Origin: Bacteroidetes bacterium 4572_112
GTDB taxonomy: Bacteria > Bacteroidota > Bacteroidia > Bacteroidales > UBA1556
Length of the DNA stretch: 57,598 nucleotides
Reading direction: 5' to 3'
NCBI GenBank assembly: GCA_002254285.1
Contig: NIUZ01000002.1
Location: forward strand, 1 to 57,598
Below are positions 56,688 through 57,598 of this stretch, piece after piece; positions within the stretch are counted from its first letter, which is position 1; each line of letters starts with the position of its first letter. Below the pieces are notes generated by a model. It had not been told where the DNA came from. It was given only the letters and a program-made list of their open reading frames with translations, and ran no database searches. A program made the translations under genes and the position numbers.

Positions 56688-57305
56688 TTAGTGACTACAA
56701 CCACATCCGCCACCTTGGCCTTGCCCCGAGCCTTTATTGTCGCAGCTATCATCTTCGCAACCACATTCGTGATCGCTACCGCCATCTGTTGAGCATGATC
56801 CGTCTCCAGAACCGCATCCACATGAATGTGCCGGTGGGTTAAGCTCATCGTAAGTTGCCTCACGTACTGCTTGTACTGCTCCTTCAAAGTATAAAGTTTT
56901 GCCTGCCAATGGGTGATTGAAATCCATAATTACAGTGTCGCCAACAACCTCTTTTACAGTTCCTGTCATTTTATTACCTCTGCCATCTTGCATAGGTACT
57001 TGATTTCCTACATTAAGTAAGCCATCAGGAGTTTCTCCGTTATGAGCAAACATTTCTGTTTTAAGCTCCACAATTTTTGCGTCGTTATATTCGCCATAAG
57101 ATGCTCCACTAGGAATAGTGAAAGCAAATTTGTCTTCTACACCTAAGCCCGAAAGGTTTTCTTCAAAAGCAGGAAGTAGGTTGCCAATACCAAAGATAAA
57201 TTCCAATGGTCTGTCTGCATCAATTGTTTCGATTACTTCTCCCTCAGCATTATCAACTTTAAGTGAGTATGTTATTGAGGCGTATTTATTTTTATCTATT
57301 ATCAT
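56688..57305 (-). CDS. slyD: FKBP-type peptidyl-prolyl isomerase SlyD with Cys/Gly/Asp-rich metal-binding tail
   Basis: ATG at 57305 (MIIDKNKYASITYSLK). FKBP plus IF domain, DFNHPLAGK. Tail HSCGCGSGDGSC...HECGCEDDSC...GGGCGCSH. Confidence 0.88.
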   Translation of the reverse strand: MIIDKNKYASITYSLKVDNAEGEVIETIDADRPLEFIFGIGNLLPAFEENLSGLGVEDKFAFTIPSGASYGEYNDAKIVELKTEMFAHNGETPDGLLNVGNQVPMQDGRGNKMTGTVKEVVGDTVIMDFNHPLAGKTLYFEGAVQAVREATYDELNPPAHSCGCGSGDGSCSTDGGSDHECGCEDDSCDNKGSGQGQGGGCGCSH

Positions 57306-57496
57306 AATCTTCTGTTCTAATATTATTTCGCGCAAAAATAAACAAATAGCTAATTGCAGAAGGTTAAATTTTTGAAATATTTTTTTCTTAATGAAACCAC
57401 ATAAGGCACATAAGAAGGTTAGATAACAGAGAGTTTATGGATTTAAAGTATTAAGTATGATTATTGGTTGTTATAGGTCCAACTTTTTTTTAAATT

Positions 57497-57598
57497 AGCC
57501 TTTAGCCTTTAGCCTTTAGCCTTTAGCCTTTAGCCTTTAGCCTTTAGCCTTTAGCCTTTAGCCTTTAGCCTTTAGCCTTTAGCCTTTAGCCTTTAGCC
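57497..57598. repeat. Perfect heptanucleotide microsatellite (AGCCTTT)n, at least 14.5 copies, running off the window end
   Basis: 102 bp of uninterrupted agccttt units. Stop codons occur in all six frames every 21 bp. Confidence 0.97.

Noticed and set aside
56688-56840. The Cys/Gly-rich tail of SlyD as a separate small metallothionein-like gene or a ribosomally produced peptide precursor
   Set aside because: It is in frame and continuous with the FKBP/IF domains. Metal-binding C-terminal tails are a known feature of SlyD proteins.

Overview
AT-rich chromosomal segment that looks like Bacteroidota. Three proteins end in T9SS C-terminal sorting domains, one carries SBBP and SprB-type repeats, and several genes have TAnnTTTG -7 promoter boxes. 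I count about 50 protein genes, mostly housekeeping: ssb, mfd, rsgA, recJ, rlmH, waaA, slyD, dCMP deaminase, LOG, proline dehydrogenase, a POT peptide transporter and an M23/EnvC-like protein. I could find no rRNA, tRNA, CRISPR array, transposase or integrase. Five things stand out. (1) Gene decay is dense. Six genes are visibly broken: RelA/SpoT (internal deletion plus frame change), a higB-like toxin (TGG->TGA), a DJ-1/PfpI-like gene (3' truncation), a threonine-aldolase relic, a T9SS cargo gene (frameshift between signal peptide and body) and a P-loop kinase-like gene (frameshift at an A6 run). (2) Most longer intergenic spacers are filled with mosaic, relatively GC-rich REP-like 'word' repeats. 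These fall into at least three families shared between distant loci, and one word is expanded into a perfect (AGCCTTT)n array at the window end. (3) A higBA-like cassette sits between two copies of a ~53-bp terminator-containing repeat. (4) One consensus promoter and one strong terminator bracket four genes: an IPMDH/IDH-family dehydrogenase, an HD hydrolase, a PrsW protease and a fused LeuC-LeuD-like hydro-lyase whose substrate loop reads YLAIT. No synthase partner is in the window. This is my best candidate for an undescribed pathway. (5) An exact 29-bp sequence occurs in inverted orientation next to the 5' ends of two unrelated minus-strand genes 29.5 kb apart. All functional calls come from motif and family recognition by eye. 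No database search was run.
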